A DNA stretch of 64,000 nt from an uncultured bacterium (GTDB taxonomy: Bacteria; Bacillota_I; Bacilli_A; RF39; UBA660), in assembly GCA_949296705.1 (NCBI GenBank), contig CASFOW010000014.1, forward strand, positions 956-64,955. Direction: 5' to 3'. Every line of letters begins with the position of its first letter. Position 1 is the stretch's first letter. Both the position numbers and the translations under genes were made by a program. This document shows, in pieces, positions 1-10,156 of the stretch. The notes below the pieces were generated by a model. It worked only from the letters and a program-made list of their open reading frames with translations. It had not been told where the DNA came from and made no database searches.

Positions 1-1345
1 TTATACACAAAAATTCCAAAAAGATAATTCTCAATCTACATATTACCAACAAATAATAGATTTATCTAAAGAGGGAAAAATTCCTGATTCTGTAGCATTA
101 AGTTCAATTTTAGAGAGTGCTAAGAATGACAATCACATTAGCAAAGAAGAATTGGAGACGATTAATCAATTATTTGAAATTAGTCAAAAGTATAGTGATA
201 TTCAAAAAAGAAGTTTACCTGATTACCGCCAGCAAATGTATGAAGATTTAGAAAAGAATGATCAAAAATTAAAAGAGCTTATGAAAAATGCTCAAGGTAG
301 TAAGGAAGAAGTAGAAGAAAATTTACGTAAACTTGTAGAACCAATGACATATAATTTAACTCAAAACATAAAGAAACTTGAAGAAAAACTAGCCCAGATT
401 AATGATCCTAATCAAAGGGATAATATTATCGCTGAAGTTAATCGAGGTATAGGAAAAAATATCCCAGCAGAAACCTATGAGGAGCTATGGAAAAGGCAAC
501 TTGATAAGAATTTACAAAGCAAGGAACAATTGGAGAAAAATATCAAAAATGTTGTTGAATTGTATGAGAAAATCAAAAATAAAGACTATCCTGACTTGGG
601 AAAAAATGATCCTAAAAAAGAAGGATTACCTAAGCCTCCTAATCCATTTAAATTAGATGATGAAGAGGTTAAGGGTTTAACTGAACCTAATTCAAAATTA
701 CGTAACTTAGCAAATTCGATAAAAGAAAAAGCAAAGAAAGTATTAAATTGGATTAAAGAACACCCTGTTAAAGCGGCGGCTTTACTTGCAACAACTGGAT
801 TAGTGGGAATAACTGCGGTAGTTGGTATTAGCAGTGCTTTAAATAATGCAAAAGGTGAAACTAATGAAGAACAAACTGAAATTTCACAAGAAGCAGAAAC
901 ACTTGCAACCCAAACTCCGATAGAAAAAACAGTAGAAGATGCTATGCAACAAACTGTTGCTGAAACACCAGTATTAGATAATAGCGACATTGCCAATCAA
1001 GTATTAGCCGATGAGCAAGCTAGAATCGCATCAGGTAACGATGCCGTATATCAAGATATTTATAGTGCAGCTAACGAACAAAATCAGTTGTATGCCCAAT
1101 CAAGTGATGTCCAAGCTATTTGGCAAAATACTAATGTAGAAGCCGGTAAAATGTATCAAGTAGAAGCTGACGGATCACTTAGTGAAATTCATGGGGTAGA
1201 TGCCTTGGTTCAAGCAGGAAATGAAGGTAAAACTATCGTAAGCACATGGCAAAATGAAGACGGTACACTTGGACGCAGTGTGATTACCCCTAGTGAGTTT
1301 GGACAATCCATGGAGAATGTTGAAGAAAGTGCTAAGACAAGATAA
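1..1345 (+). CDS. Membrane-anchored coiled-coil protein, 5'-truncated by the window edge (the frame is open back to nt 2)
   Basis: The ORF is open from the window start. It has a Lys/Glu-rich coiled-coil N-terminus, one TM helix (AAALLATTGLVGITAVVGISSAL) and a Gln/Ala-rich C-terminal ectodomain. No family was recognised. Confidence 0.5.
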   Translation, partial: YTQKFQKDNSQSTYYQQIIDLSKEGKIPDSVALSSILESAKNDNHISKEELETINQLFEISQKYSDIQKRSLPDYRQQMYEDLEKNDQKLKELMKNAQGSKEEVEENLRKLVEPMTYNLTQNIKKLEEKLAQINDPNQRDNIIAEVNRGIGKNIPAETYEELWKRQLDKNLQSKEQLEKNIKNVVELYEKIKNKDYPDLGKNDPKKEGLPKPPNPFKLDDEEVKGLTEPNSKLRNLANSIKEKAKKVLNWIKEHPVKAAALLATTGLVGITAVVGISSALNNAKGETNEEQTEISQEAETLATQTPIEKTVEDAMQQTVAETPVLDNSDIANQVLADEQARIASGNDAVYQDIYSAANEQNQLYAQSSDVQAIWQNTNVEAGKMYQVEADGSLSEIHGVDALVQAGNEGKTIVSTWQNEDGTLGRSVITPSEFGQSMENVEESAKTR

Positions 1346-1365
1346 AGAGGAAAAGGGGAAGAGTT

Positions 1366-1611
1366 ATGGAAAATAAGATCAATAAGATTATGCATCTAAA
1401 AAATGGTGCCAAATATTTGATACTAAATCAAGCGATCTATCAAGGAAAAAACTATTATTTTGCTGTTAGAGTAAGTGATGACGAAGAAGATATCGTTGAT
1501 GAGTTCCAAATGCTTTCAGAGGAAGTAAGAGATGGAAAAATGTATATCTCTACAGTCAAGGATCCAGATACTTTGAAACTTCTTGCCGAGTATCTTGAAG
1601 CTGCTTCATAG
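1366..1611 (+). CDS. Small DUF1292/UPF0473-like protein
   Basis: This 81-aa protein has the pattern YLILNQAIYQGKNYYFAVRV...DEEDIVDEFQ, typical of the DUF1292 family. The RBS gggGAAGAG lies upstream. Confidence 0.45.
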   Translation: MENKINKIMHLKNGAKYLILNQAIYQGKNYYFAVRVSDDEEDIVDEFQMLSEEVRDGKMYISTVKDPDTLKLLAEYLEAAS

Positions 1612-1640
1612 ATTTAAAATAATAAAATAAAAAAAGATAA

Positions 1641-1671
1641 GGAAATAGGTTGTCGAACCTGTTTCCTTTTT
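1641..1671 (+). terminator. Rho-independent terminator
   Basis: Stem ggaaataggtt / aacctgtttcc, followed by a TTTT run. Confidence 0.55.
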
Positions 1672-1679
1672 GCTATAAT
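1671..1679 (+). promoter_or_regulatory. TG-extended -10 element (tgcTATAAT) for the tsaE operon
   Basis: TGnTATAAT lies 17 nt upstream of the AGGTGA RBS of tsaE. Confidence 0.4.
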
Positions 1680-1695
1680 GAATTAGGTGATAAAG

Positions 1696-2154
1696 ATGAC
1701 ATACAAAATTACAAGTAGAAGTGAACAAGATACAATCGAATTAGCAGAAAATATTGAATCAGAAAAGTTTCCTAATATGGTAATTTGTCTAGAAGGAGAT
1801 CTAGGTAGTGGAAAAACCGTATTTACCAAAGGCTTTGCAGCATCGCTTGGCGTAGAAGAACCTATTACCTCGCCAACTTTTAACATTATTAAAGAGTACA
1901 CCTCAGGAGAAATGGACTTATACCATATGGATGTTTATCGCTTAGACGGAAAAGTGGCAGACTTAGGAATTGAAGAATACTTTCAGAAAGATGGCATCGT
2001 GATTATTGAATGGGCTGATATGATTAAAGATTATTTACCACCAGAAAGATTAGAGATTAAAATAAAAATATCTGAGGATATAGAAGATACAAGAGTAATT
2101 GTCATAACACCAATTGGCAGGGCTTATGAAGATCTATGTGAGGCTGTTCTATGA
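1696..2154 (+). CDS. tsaE: tRNA threonylcarbamoyladenosine biosynthesis protein TsaE
   Basis: P-loop GDLGSGKT and the ITSPTF motif are present. The ATG at 1696 has an AGGTGA RBS. There is a 4-nt ATGA overlap with tsaB. Confidence 0.85.
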   Translation: MTYKITSRSEQDTIELAENIESEKFPNMVICLEGDLGSGKTVFTKGFAASLGVEEPITSPTFNIIKEYTSGEMDLYHMDVYRLDGKVADLGIEEYFQKDGIVIIEWADMIKDYLPPERLEIKIKISEDIEDTRVIVITPIGRAYEDLCEAVL

Positions 2155-2795
2155 CGATATTATATATAGATACTACAACTAACTATTTATATTCTGCTAT
2201 TTCAATAAATAATCAAATAACAGGCGAAATCAAAGCAAAGTTGGATAAAGATTTGTCTGTTTTTACTTTACCTAAAATTAAAGAAATGCTAGAAGATAAT
2301 CAGGTTGATCCTAAAGAAGTAGATAAACTACTTGTTGTGAATGGACCAGGTTCGTTTACTGGAATAAGAATTGGAGTAACTATTGCCAAAACTTATGCAT
2401 GGAGTTTAAAAAAGAAAATCAGCATCCTCTCTAGCTTGAAGGTAATGGCACTTTCTGCTAAAAAAGAATGTACCTATAAAGTACCTTTCATTGATGCTAG
2501 ACGTGGATATGGTTATGCAGCAATCTATGATGAAAATTATAAAGCGGTGTTAAAAGAACAATACATGAGTATTGAAGCACTAAAGTGTGCCCTAGAGCAT
2601 TTGCCAGATAACTATACAATAATTACTAACACGCCAATTGAAGGGTTGGAAAGTAATTGTGAAGAATACGATCCAAACTTTGCAAAAATTGTAGAATATT
2701 GTAAAGATAGTGTCGAATTAAATCCACATGCTGTCAATCCAAACTACTTAAAATTAACAGAAGCTGAGGAAAAGCAAAAGGAAGAACTTATATGA
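2151..2795 (+). CDS. tsaB: tRNA threonylcarbamoyladenosine biosynthesis protein TsaB
   Basis: VNGPGSFTGIRIGVTIAKTYAW is the YeaZ signature, and the gene sits in the tsaE-tsaB-rimI-tsaD operon. Confidence 0.85.
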   Translation: MTILYIDTTTNYLYSAISINNQITGEIKAKLDKDLSVFTLPKIKEMLEDNQVDPKEVDKLLVVNGPGSFTGIRIGVTIAKTYAWSLKKKISILSSLKVMALSAKKECTYKVPFIDARRGYGYAAIYDENYKAVLKEQYMSIEALKCALEHLPDNYTIITNTPIEGLESNCEEYDPNFAKIVEYCKDSVELNPHAVNPNYLKLTEAEEKQKEELI

Positions 2796-3220
2796 TTGTA
2801 AAGTTAACTGTGGATAACTGTAAAATTGAATTTTTAAAAAGAAGTTTTCCACAGATTTTGGGGAAAACTGATGTAAAAAAAGAAATCCTAGACAACAATT
2901 TTACAAATTATTTTACTTATGAAATTGACAATATTCCTGTTGCGTTTATTCACTATACTTGCCTTTATGAACGGGCCGAATTAATTGATATTGCTGTACT
3001 TCCTAAATACGAAAATCAAGGAATCGGTAGCTCCCTAATGCAACACATGATAAACGATTGCCAGAAAAGAGGAATTGAAAACATAACTTTAGAAGTGCGA
3101 AAGGATAATCATAAAGCCATCCACCTCTATGAAAAAAATGGCTTTAAATCAGTTGCGACACGAAAGAATTATTACCAAGGAATGGATGCCTGGTTAATGG
3201 AGAAAGAGTTGATAAAATGA
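2792..3220 (+). CDS. rimI: Ribosomal-protein-alanine N-acetyltransferase (GNAT)
   Basis: GNAT motif [18 protein letters not shown]; operon context between tsaB and tsaD. Confidence 0.8.
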   Translation: MIVKLTVDNCKIEFLKRSFPQILGKTDVKKEILDNNFTNYFTYEIDNIPVAFIHYTCLYERAELIDIAVLPKYENQGIGSSLMQHMINDCQKRGIENITLEVRKDNHKAIHLYEKNGFKSVATRKNYYQGMDAWLMEKELIK

Positions 3221-4230
3221 AAGATGTAAAAGACATATATGTATTTGCCATAGAATCTAGTTGTGATGAAACTAGTTGTTCAATTGTAAAAAATGGAAAA
3301 GAAGAGATTGCTACCGTTGTACTTTCTCAGATCGATATCCATAAAGATTTTGGAGGGGTAGTTCCTGAAATCGCTAGTCGCCATCATGTTAAGAACATTA
3401 CCATAGTAATCGAAGAATGTTTAACTAAAGCCAATATGACAATGGAAGAAATGGATGCTATTGCGGTAACTTATGGACCAGGTCTTATTGGTTCATTATT
3501 AGTAGGAGTGGAAGCTGCCAAAACACTAGCTTACTTATATCAAAAACCATTAATACCTGTTCATCATATTTCAGGACATATTTACGCAAACAATTTAAAA
3601 GAAGAATTAAAGTTTCCTTTAATCGCTCTAGTCGTAAGTGGTGGCCATACAGAATTGATTTACATGAAAGATCATTATTGCTTTGAAAAAATAGGTGGCA
3701 CGTTAGATGATGCCGTAGGCGAGTGTTATGATAAAGTAGCAAGAATCATCGATGTACCATATCCCGGTGGCCCAACTATTGATAAATGGGCTCAATTGGG
3801 TGAAGACACATATCATCTACCGCTCCCATTAAATGATGATTCCTATAACTTTAGTTTTAGTGGCTTAAAAAGTGCCGTAATTAATTTAGTCCATAATGAA
3901 AAACAACGTAATCAACCAATTAGAAAGAAAGATTTAGCTACTTCTTTTCAAAATACAGTAGTGAAAATCATCAGTAAAAAAACAATGAAAGCCTTAAAAG
4001 ATTACCAAGTAAAAAATTTAATTATTGCTGGAGGAGTAGCTGCTAATCATGGAATAAGAGAAACATTAACCACCCTTTGTGAACAAGAAAATATTACTTG
4101 TAGTATACCCGATATAAAATACTGTACCGATAATGCTGCAATGATTGCTGCATCAGGTTACTATGCCTATTGCTTAGGAAGAGTAGGAGATTTAGACTTA
4201 AATCCAAAATCCAGCATAATATTAAAGTAA
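3217..4230 (+). CDS. tsaD: tRNA N6-adenosine threonylcarbamoyltransferase TsaD
   Basis: [18 protein letters not shown] and VSGGHTEL are Kae1/TsaD metal-binding motifs. Confidence 0.9.
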   Translation: MKDVKDIYVFAIESSCDETSCSIVKNGKEEIATVVLSQIDIHKDFGGVVPEIASRHHVKNITIVIEECLTKANMTMEEMDAIAVTYGPGLIGSLLVGVEAAKTLAYLYQKPLIPVHHISGHIYANNLKEELKFPLIALVVSGGHTELIYMKDHYCFEKIGGTLDDAVGECYDKVARIIDVPYPGGPTIDKWAQLGEDTYHLPLPLNDDSYNFSFSGLKSAVINLVHNEKQRNQPIRKKDLATSFQNTVVKIISKKTMKALKDYQVKNLIIAGGVAANHGIRETLTTLCEQENITCSIPDIKYCTDNAAMIAASGYYAYCLGRVGDLDLNPKSSIILK

Positions 4231-4252
4231 ATCAACAATCAGGAGGAAAAAA

Positions 4253-5137
4253 ATGAAACAGATAGAAACTATTCTTTTAGATATGGATAGTATTACGAAA
4301 TTTTTAGCGAGAAAAAAGATAGAAGAACATCAACAATATCCTATCTACCAAAGTGTAATTAAAGAAGGAATAAAGTCACTTGGTTCCTTTCAAGTAATTG
4401 CTTTTACTTTAGGAGATAAAAAATATGCTACCAAGTGGTTACGCACTATGCATTTAAACCAATTAATCCCAACGATAGAAGCAGGAGAAAAAAATAATAG
4501 TCGAATTAGTTGCGAACAATTACTTAAAAATATCTTTCTCAAAAATCAGTTAAAACGAAAAAAAGTATTAGTTGTAAGCAATAATCCTGAGGTGGTGATA
4601 AATAGTCAATTGTTAAATCTCGACACTTGTAGTTGTAGTTTATTGGGCAAAGCTCCATCTCCCGCTACCGAGTACAAAGTTAAATTTTTAACAGAACTTA
4701 ATCAATTCAATCAAAATAAAAGAAAACAGACTACCGAAATAGATAATCAAAAAAAATTACTTCAGAAAAATAGTAATCAAGTAGAAATAGTACAAGAAGG
4801 TACCAATCAGGAAAAAACAAATATTCAAAACATTTATATTGATCAAGAAACTTGGGATAGCTTATCACTAGCTGCAAAAATCAATTTAGAAAAAGAATTT
4901 GTTCAACCGCTAGCTATAACTGATCAAGAAACATTCCAAAATATGCCTGCTTCTTGCCTAGTATTAACGAAATTCCCGAAAGTAGAAATTCTTCTTGAAC
5001 ACTTAGCTATCCCTAGTTGTTATCTGATTACTCCTTTTAATGACCAAATAGAACGTAAATCATCACTGGAAATGCCAATTAAACGTTTAGAAAAAGCTAA
5101 AAGCTTAAATTTAAGAAGAAAATCAGCTAAAAATTAG
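4253..5137 (+). CDS. Hypothetical protein
   Basis: 294-aa ORF with an AGGAGG RBS. No family was recognised. Confidence 0.5.
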   Translation: MKQIETILLDMDSITKFLARKKIEEHQQYPIYQSVIKEGIKSLGSFQVIAFTLGDKKYATKWLRTMHLNQLIPTIEAGEKNNSRISCEQLLKNIFLKNQLKRKKVLVVSNNPEVVINSQLLNLDTCSCSLLGKAPSPATEYKVKFLTELNQFNQNKRKQTTEIDNQKKLLQKNSNQVEIVQEGTNQEKTNIQNIYIDQETWDSLSLAAKINLEKEFVQPLAITDQETFQNMPASCLVLTKFPKVEILLEHLAIPSCYLITPFNDQIERKSSLEMPIKRLEKAKSLNLRRKSAKN

Positions 5138-5198
5138 TAGACAAGTAAGTAAAAATTTGCTAGTATTAATGCTACACAGCTTGATTAGAGCATAAAAA

Positions 5199-5230
5199 GA
5201 AAACGATCTCCTAATAGAGTTCGTTTTTTG
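5199..5230 (+). terminator. Rho-independent terminator
   Basis: Stem aaacgatctc / gagttcgttt (9 of 10 bp paired), followed by TTTTT. Confidence 0.55.
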
Positions 5231-5252
5231 GCGTTTAAGTAAGGAGGTTAGC

Positions 5253-7301
5253 ATGGAAATTACGAAAGAAGAATTAGTAAAAGAACAACAACATTTGACA
5301 AAAACATTAGAATTAATTAGAAAATACATCTCAGAATTAGGACAAGAACTCTATGATAAAGAAGAAAAAATTAAAGAGTTCAAAGAGCTGATTTGGGATA
5401 CTAGACATGACATGGATCCAGCAGAAATGAGAACCATGATAGGCGCAAGTGATTTAGAAGTAACCATAGCAGAATCTAGAAGTAAATATTTTCAAAAATT
5501 ATTTCGAATTCAAGAAAGCCCCTATTTTGCTTCGATTACCTTTCAAGCAGAAGGAGAAGAAGCCCAAAAAATTTATATTGGAATTACACATGTAGAAGAA
5601 AATTTAACCTATTATGTACATGATTGGCGGGCGCCGATTTGTAGTTTATTTTACGATTATGAACTTGGCCAAGCTTCTTACCAATCACCAGACGGAATGG
5701 TAAGTGGGGAACTTACGAATAAACGTCAATTTAAAATTGAAAGAGGTAAGCTAAAACGTGTTTTCGATAACAGTATAAATATCGACGATGAAGTACTGCA
5801 AGATGTTCTCTCTCAAGAATCCAGCGATAAAATGAAGAATATTGTCAATACCATTCAACAAGAACAAAATGCAGTAATTAGAAATACTGAAGATAAAACC
5901 TTAATTGTACAAGGAATAGCAGGGAGTGGTAAAACTTCAGTTGCCCTACATCGTATCGCTTTTCTCCTGTATAAAATTAAAAACCTAACTTCAAATAATA
6001 TCATTATTTTTTCTCCCAATCATATTTTTTCAGAATATATATCCAATGTTTTACCGGAACTAGGTGAAGAAAATACCCTTCAATGTACTTTTAATAGCTT
6101 TTTAGAAGCAAACCTCCCAGAATTTCGACATGTCGAAGAATTTACGGTATTTATTGAGCGCTATTATAAAGGAAAAGAAACTAATCCAACTTGGGTAGCC
6201 TATAAACAAAGTGATGAGATTATTAACGACCTTAATTACTATATTCACGACTTAAATCAACAGGCCTATTTCATAGATGGAATCGCATTTGATAAGATTT
6301 ATTATAGTAAAGACGAATTGAATCAATTATTGAACCGATATCAACATTTTCTACTTTTTGAACGAATCCCAGCGATTGCGTATAAATTGTGTGAATATCA
6401 CTATGAAGGAAAGAAAGGCAAAGCCAAACAGATAATCTCATTATTATATAAAGCTTTTAATATAAAGAAAGATTTTAAACAAATTTATATTAATTTTTAC
6501 TACAGTAAATACTTTAGGAAGACATATAATGGTCCACTAACAGATAAAGAAATCAAAGAGGCAGTAAATAAAAAGCAAATTAACTATGAAGATGCCTGTT
6601 TATATATTTATTTAAAAGGTTTACTAGAAGGATTTGAATATCAAGGAGTAATAAAAGAAGTTGTCATTGATGAAGCTCAAGATTATAATAAACTTCAATA
6701 TTATATTATTAAAAATATTTTTCCACGTAGTAATTTTACGATTTTAGGAGATGTGAACCAAACTATAAATCCTTACTATAAATATCAATCATTAAACGTT
6801 CTAAAAGAAATCTTTAGTGAAGATTATCGTTATTTAGAATTATGTAAAACCTATCGCTCAAGCCAAGAAATCATCGAATATACCAACAAAATCCTAGGAT
6901 TAAATCATATTCAAGCAATTAGAAAGAAGAATAATCATCCAGTAGTATTTAGAACTGAAGAAAATCTCAAAGAACAATTATTAATAGATATTATGGCATT
7001 GAAGAAAAACAATAAATCTATCGCGATTATTACTAAAAATAATGTTGAAGCCTCAATGATATATGAACTACTAAAAGAGAAAATGGAAAATATCAGCTTA
7101 CTAGATACAAACAGTGAAAAATTTAATCGAGATATGGTGATTATTCCTTCCTATACGGCTAAAGGTCTAGAATTTGATTCGGTAATTATTTATACGGAAC
7201 CAAGTAATTACTATAGGCAATCAGAGCGTTATCTTTATTATGTTGCTTGTACTAGATGTCAACATGAATTAATTATCTATAATCAAAAAGAATGGCTTTA
7301 G
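5253..7301 (+). CDS. helD: HelD-like (helicase IV) UvrD-family ATPase
   Basis: IVQGIAGSGKTSVALHRIAFLLY is the Walker A motif in the HelD arrangement, VIDEAQDY is the Walker B motif, and the C-terminal YVACTRCQHELIIY motif is present. The RBS is AAGGAGG. Confidence 0.75.
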   Translation: MEITKEELVKEQQHLTKTLELIRKYISELGQELYDKEEKIKEFKELIWDTRHDMDPAEMRTMIGASDLEVTIAESRSKYFQKLFRIQESPYFASITFQAEGEEAQKIYIGITHVEENLTYYVHDWRAPICSLFYDYELGQASYQSPDGMVSGELTNKRQFKIERGKLKRVFDNSINIDDEVLQDVLSQESSDKMKNIVNTIQQEQNAVIRNTEDKTLIVQGIAGSGKTSVALHRIAFLLYKIKNLTSNNIIIFSPNHIFSEYISNVLPELGEENTLQCTFNSFLEANLPEFRHVEEFTVFIERYYKGKETNPTWVAYKQSDEIINDLNYYIHDLNQQAYFIDGIAFDKIYYSKDELNQLLNRYQHFLLFERIPAIAYKLCEYHYEGKKGKAKQIISLLYKAFNIKKDFKQIYINFYYSKYFRKTYNGPLTDKEIKEAVNKKQINYEDACLYIYLKGLLEGFEYQGVIKEVVIDEAQDYNKLQYYIIKNIFPRSNFTILGDVNQTINPYYKYQSLNVLKEIFSEDYRYLELCKTYRSSQEIIEYTNKILGLNHIQAIRKKNNHPVVFRTEENLKEQLLIDIMALKKNNKSIAIITKNNVEASMIYELLKEKMENISLLDTNSEKFNRDMVIIPSYTAKGLEFDSVIIYTEPSNYYRQSERYLYYVACTRCQHELIIYNQKEWL

Positions 7302-7322
7302 GCAGTAAGCACGATTTTAGAG

Positions 7323-7351
7323 TTGTAATTTTATTCTAAAAATATTATAAT
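7323..7351 (+). promoter_or_regulatory. Sigma-A-like promoter (TTGTAA, 17 nt, TATAAT)
   Basis: Consensus spacing of the two hexamers upstream of the 7379 gene. Confidence 0.45.
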
Positions 7352-7378
7352 CTTACTAGATAGTAAGGAGTGGGTAAA

Positions 7379-7960
7379 ATGGCTAAACTAAAAACTAGTA
7401 CTACTAAAAATCATGGAAAAGAAAATAATAAAGAGGAAAATTTAGAAAAAAAAGTTTCTCAGAAAATAGGAAGTTCTAAATCAAAAAAATGGGATTTTAA
7501 AAAACTAACTGAAGAGCAAAAAAAACTATCCATATATGGAATCATTGGGATTCTAATTGTTGTTGTAATTATTATCGCTATATTCTCATTTAAGTCTAAC
7601 CCTGAAAATACCCTTAAAGGGAATACCCCAAAAGAAAAAACAGAGAATTATTTAGAGGATACAGTAAAAGGATTCTATGAAGACTATTATTATGAACAAA
7701 TAGTGAAATTAGAAGAAAATGAAATGATTGATGGAGATGTAGCTACTTTCCTATCTAATTTCACAACTGAAGGGCTACCCGTTAGTATAAGAGTGATGAT
7801 TGATAATAAATATATAGGGGAAAGTGAAATAAAAGAACATATAGGTAAATATGGTTGTAACTACGATAATACTATTGTTAGAATCTATCCAACAAGCCCA
7901 TATGGAAAAGAAGACTATACATTAAAGACAACTTTAGATTGTGAAAAAGAAATGGAATAA
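7379..7960 (+). CDS. Membrane-anchored hypothetical protein
   Basis: The ATG at 7379 has an AGGAGTG RBS. There is one N-terminal TM helix (IYGIIGILIVVVIIIAIFSF). Confidence 0.55.
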   Translation: MAKLKTSTTKNHGKENNKEENLEKKVSQKIGSSKSKKWDFKKLTEEQKKLSIYGIIGILIVVVIIIAIFSFKSNPENTLKGNTPKEKTENYLEDTVKGFYEDYYYEQIVKLEENEMIDGDVATFLSNFTTEGLPVSIRVMIDNKYIGESEIKEHIGKYGCNYDNTIVRIYPTSPYGKEDYTLKTTLDCEKEME

Positions 7961-7983
7961 TTCTATTAAATATAATACATAAA

Positions 7984-8008
7984 AGAGATTAGGGAACTAA
8001 TCTTTTTC
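7984..8008 (+). terminator. Rho-independent terminator
   Basis: Stem gagattag / ctaatct with a ggaa loop, followed by TTTTTC. Confidence 0.6.
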
Positions 8009-8071
8009 TATGAAAAATATCATCAAAATAGATGAGTAGAATAAAAAGAAAAATTTGCTCAATTCCAAAAG

Positions 8072-8155
8072 TAAACGCAACTTTTAAAAGTTAAACGCAA
8101 CTATATGAATTTCCTTAGTTAAATGCAACTTTTTATAGAAAAGGGGTTGCGTTTA
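8072..8155. promoter_or_regulatory. Array of 10-bp motif TAAACGCAAC (three direct copies plus one inverted copy)
   Basis: Copies are at 8072-8081, 8092-8101 and 8120-8129 (TAAATGCAAC), with the reverse complement GTTGCGTTTA at 8146-8155. The first two copies are direct repeats separated by a 10-bp spacer. Confidence 0.5.
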
Positions 8156-8273
8156 GAAAAAAATCTCAGAAAAATTAATTATTTGTTGCTTTCAATGATT
8201 AATACTTTTAATTTTATAATCATTTGCGATATAATATAAATATAAATTTATTCTTAAGAGTGAGGTAGTTATT

Positions 8274-9350
8274 ATGAAGAAAAAAACTTTTTTAATATTT
8301 ATGTTAAGTGTTTTATTATTTTGTATTACGGGATGTGAAAGTAGTAAAAATGATATTAAAGAAAATAATGGTACTAAATCATCTTTAACTGATGAAGAAA
8401 AGATTAAGCTTGATGCATCTAACGAAAAAATATATAATCAAAGAATATACTTAGTTGATCAACAAATGATAGGAAATGATGCATCTCTTAGAAGTGGGTT
8501 TGATGAAGATATAGAATTTTTAACAAAATTAAAATCAGAAAATTTATTTGCATCAAAATTTTTGGATTTATATTATGATTCTAACATAGATAATTTTTTA
8601 AATACTTATAGTGATATAGAATATTATTTATTATTTTCATATTTAACAGTAAAAACAAATCACTGTGAAGGAATGTGTACTAACGAAGAAAAAATTAACT
8701 CATATACTATTGGTAAGGATTATTATCTTAACAAGGTTTACTATCGTGATAAATCATTTGACTCCAAATTAAATCCAATTTTAACTTCATCGGGAAATGC
8801 ATGGCCATGTTTTATAATGGAGTTTATATCCGCTTCTAGTCCTGAAGAAAAAAGTTATGTTATAACAAATCCTCATGTAATAAATAATTCTAAAACTGGA
8901 ACATTTTATATAATGAATATAAGTAAAAGTTTTGAATATGCTGTAGATTACTCTAAAAAAAAGTGGGTTGAAATTTATACAGATGAAGTTGAAAAAGAGC
9001 ATGAATTTAATTGGATAGAATTAGATAAATCTTATATTGACAATATAATCAATAATAATATAGAGTTTTTAGATTTTTATATAAAATATAAAAATGATAT
9101 TTTTTATCCAATAGTAGATAAAGCAATTGAAGAAGCAGAAAAAGAAAAGGAAGAACAAGAACAGCAATCTACAAAATCAGATCCTAAGATAGGAATGACT
9201 GCTTCACAAGTAAGATCATCAACTTGGGGTTCTCCAGATAAAATTAATAAAGATACTTATTCTTGGGGAACAACAGAACAATGGGTTTATAACGATAAAG
9301 GGTACATATATTTTAAAAATGGATATGTTACATCAATAAGTGAGAGATAA
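8274..9350 (+). CDS. Lipoprotein, hypothetical
   Basis: Signal peptide with a lipobox (LFCITGCES). The gene is very AT-rich. RBS GAGG. Confidence 0.6.
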   Translation: MKKKTFLIFMLSVLLFCITGCESSKNDIKENNGTKSSLTDEEKIKLDASNEKIYNQRIYLVDQQMIGNDASLRSGFDEDIEFLTKLKSENLFASKFLDLYYDSNIDNFLNTYSDIEYYLLFSYLTVKTNHCEGMCTNEEKINSYTIGKDYYLNKVYYRDKSFDSKLNPILTSSGNAWPCFIMEFISASSPEEKSYVITNPHVINNSKTGTFYIMNISKSFEYAVDYSKKKWVEIYTDEVEKEHEFNWIELDKSYIDNIINNNIEFLDFYIKYKNDIFYPIVDKAIEEAEKEKEEQEQQSTKSDPKIGMTASQVRSSTWGSPDKINKDTYSWGTTEQWVYNDKGYIYFKNGYVTSISER

Positions 9351-9437
9351 TTTGGTAAAATAATTAACAATAGTAAGTTAAAAATTAATTAATTTGATAT
9401 TAAAAAGTTATGTAAAATAGTATTAGAGAGGTGTATT

Positions 9438-10016
9438 ATGAGAAAAAATTATTTTAGTGTAATATTATTAATTTGCTTATGTTTATTGCTGGTTGGTTGT
9501 AATGTTAGTAAAGACGAAAATACTAATTCAACTGGTGTAGATGAAAGAATGGCAAACATAAATGAAAGAATTGAAGGTACAAATTTGGCCGTGACTTTTA
9601 CTGAGTTTGAGACTCCTACAGATGATTTAGGTAAAGGATCTTATAAATTAGGAGATAATTATGAATATACGAAAGATGGATATGTAAATAGACTTGCACA
9701 TTTTACTGTAGAAAATATAGGAAAAAATACTATAGAACCTGTTGATTCTTACATAAATGCAACACTTAATTATGGAGAAGGCTATAAATTTAGTGCTGGC
9801 AAAACTTGGTATCATGTATATGGTATCTATGATAAAAATGGTCAAGAAATTGAGGGTGGTTCATGGGTAAATAGTATCCCTGAATTATCTCCTTTTGATG
9901 AGCCATTGGAGTGCATTATTGCTTTTCTAATTCCAGAAGAAGTTGCTAATGGAACCGATTCATTATCTTTAACTTTAGAATTTGATGAACAAAAATATGT
10001 TATAAATATTAGGTAA
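9438..10016 (+). CDS. Lipoprotein, DUF4352-like
   Basis: Signal peptide with a lipobox (LLVGCNVS), followed by a beta-rich ectodomain. Confidence 0.55.
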   Translation: MRKNYFSVILLICLCLLLVGCNVSKDENTNSTGVDERMANINERIEGTNLAVTFTEFETPTDDLGKGSYKLGDNYEYTKDGYVNRLAHFTVENIGKNTIEPVDSYINATLNYGEGYKFSAGKTWYHVYGIYDKNGQEIEGGSWVNSIPELSPFDEPLECIIAFLIPEEVANGTDSLSLTLEFDEQKYVINIR

Positions 10017-10120
10017 AAATTAATAATTAAAAATAAGTAATATTATTGTTAATAAAACTGTAAGAAAAAAGCCGCATGAAATTATTTCATTTCATTACAG
10101 CCCCTAATAATTTAAACAAG

Positions 10121-10156
10121 GATGATTAAGATTTCAGTTTTTAATCATCTTTTTTT
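10121..10156. terminator. Bidirectional hairpin between convergent genes
   Basis: Stem gatgattaa / ttaatcatc, followed by TTTTTTT. It overlaps the stop of the minus-strand permease. Confidence 0.45.

Noticed and set aside
586-996. Minus-strand ORFs nested inside larger plus-strand genes (586..996, 3485..3742, 22663..23196, 30749..31084, 50719..51315, among others)
   Set aside because: They are antisense to genes with strong homology signatures and lack RBSs. Long spurious antisense frames of this kind are common.
5253-7301. UvrD-like helicase as a possible defense-system component
   Set aside because: Motif order and the C-terminal region match HelD (helicase IV), an RNA-polymerase-associated housekeeping protein, and the composition is core-like.
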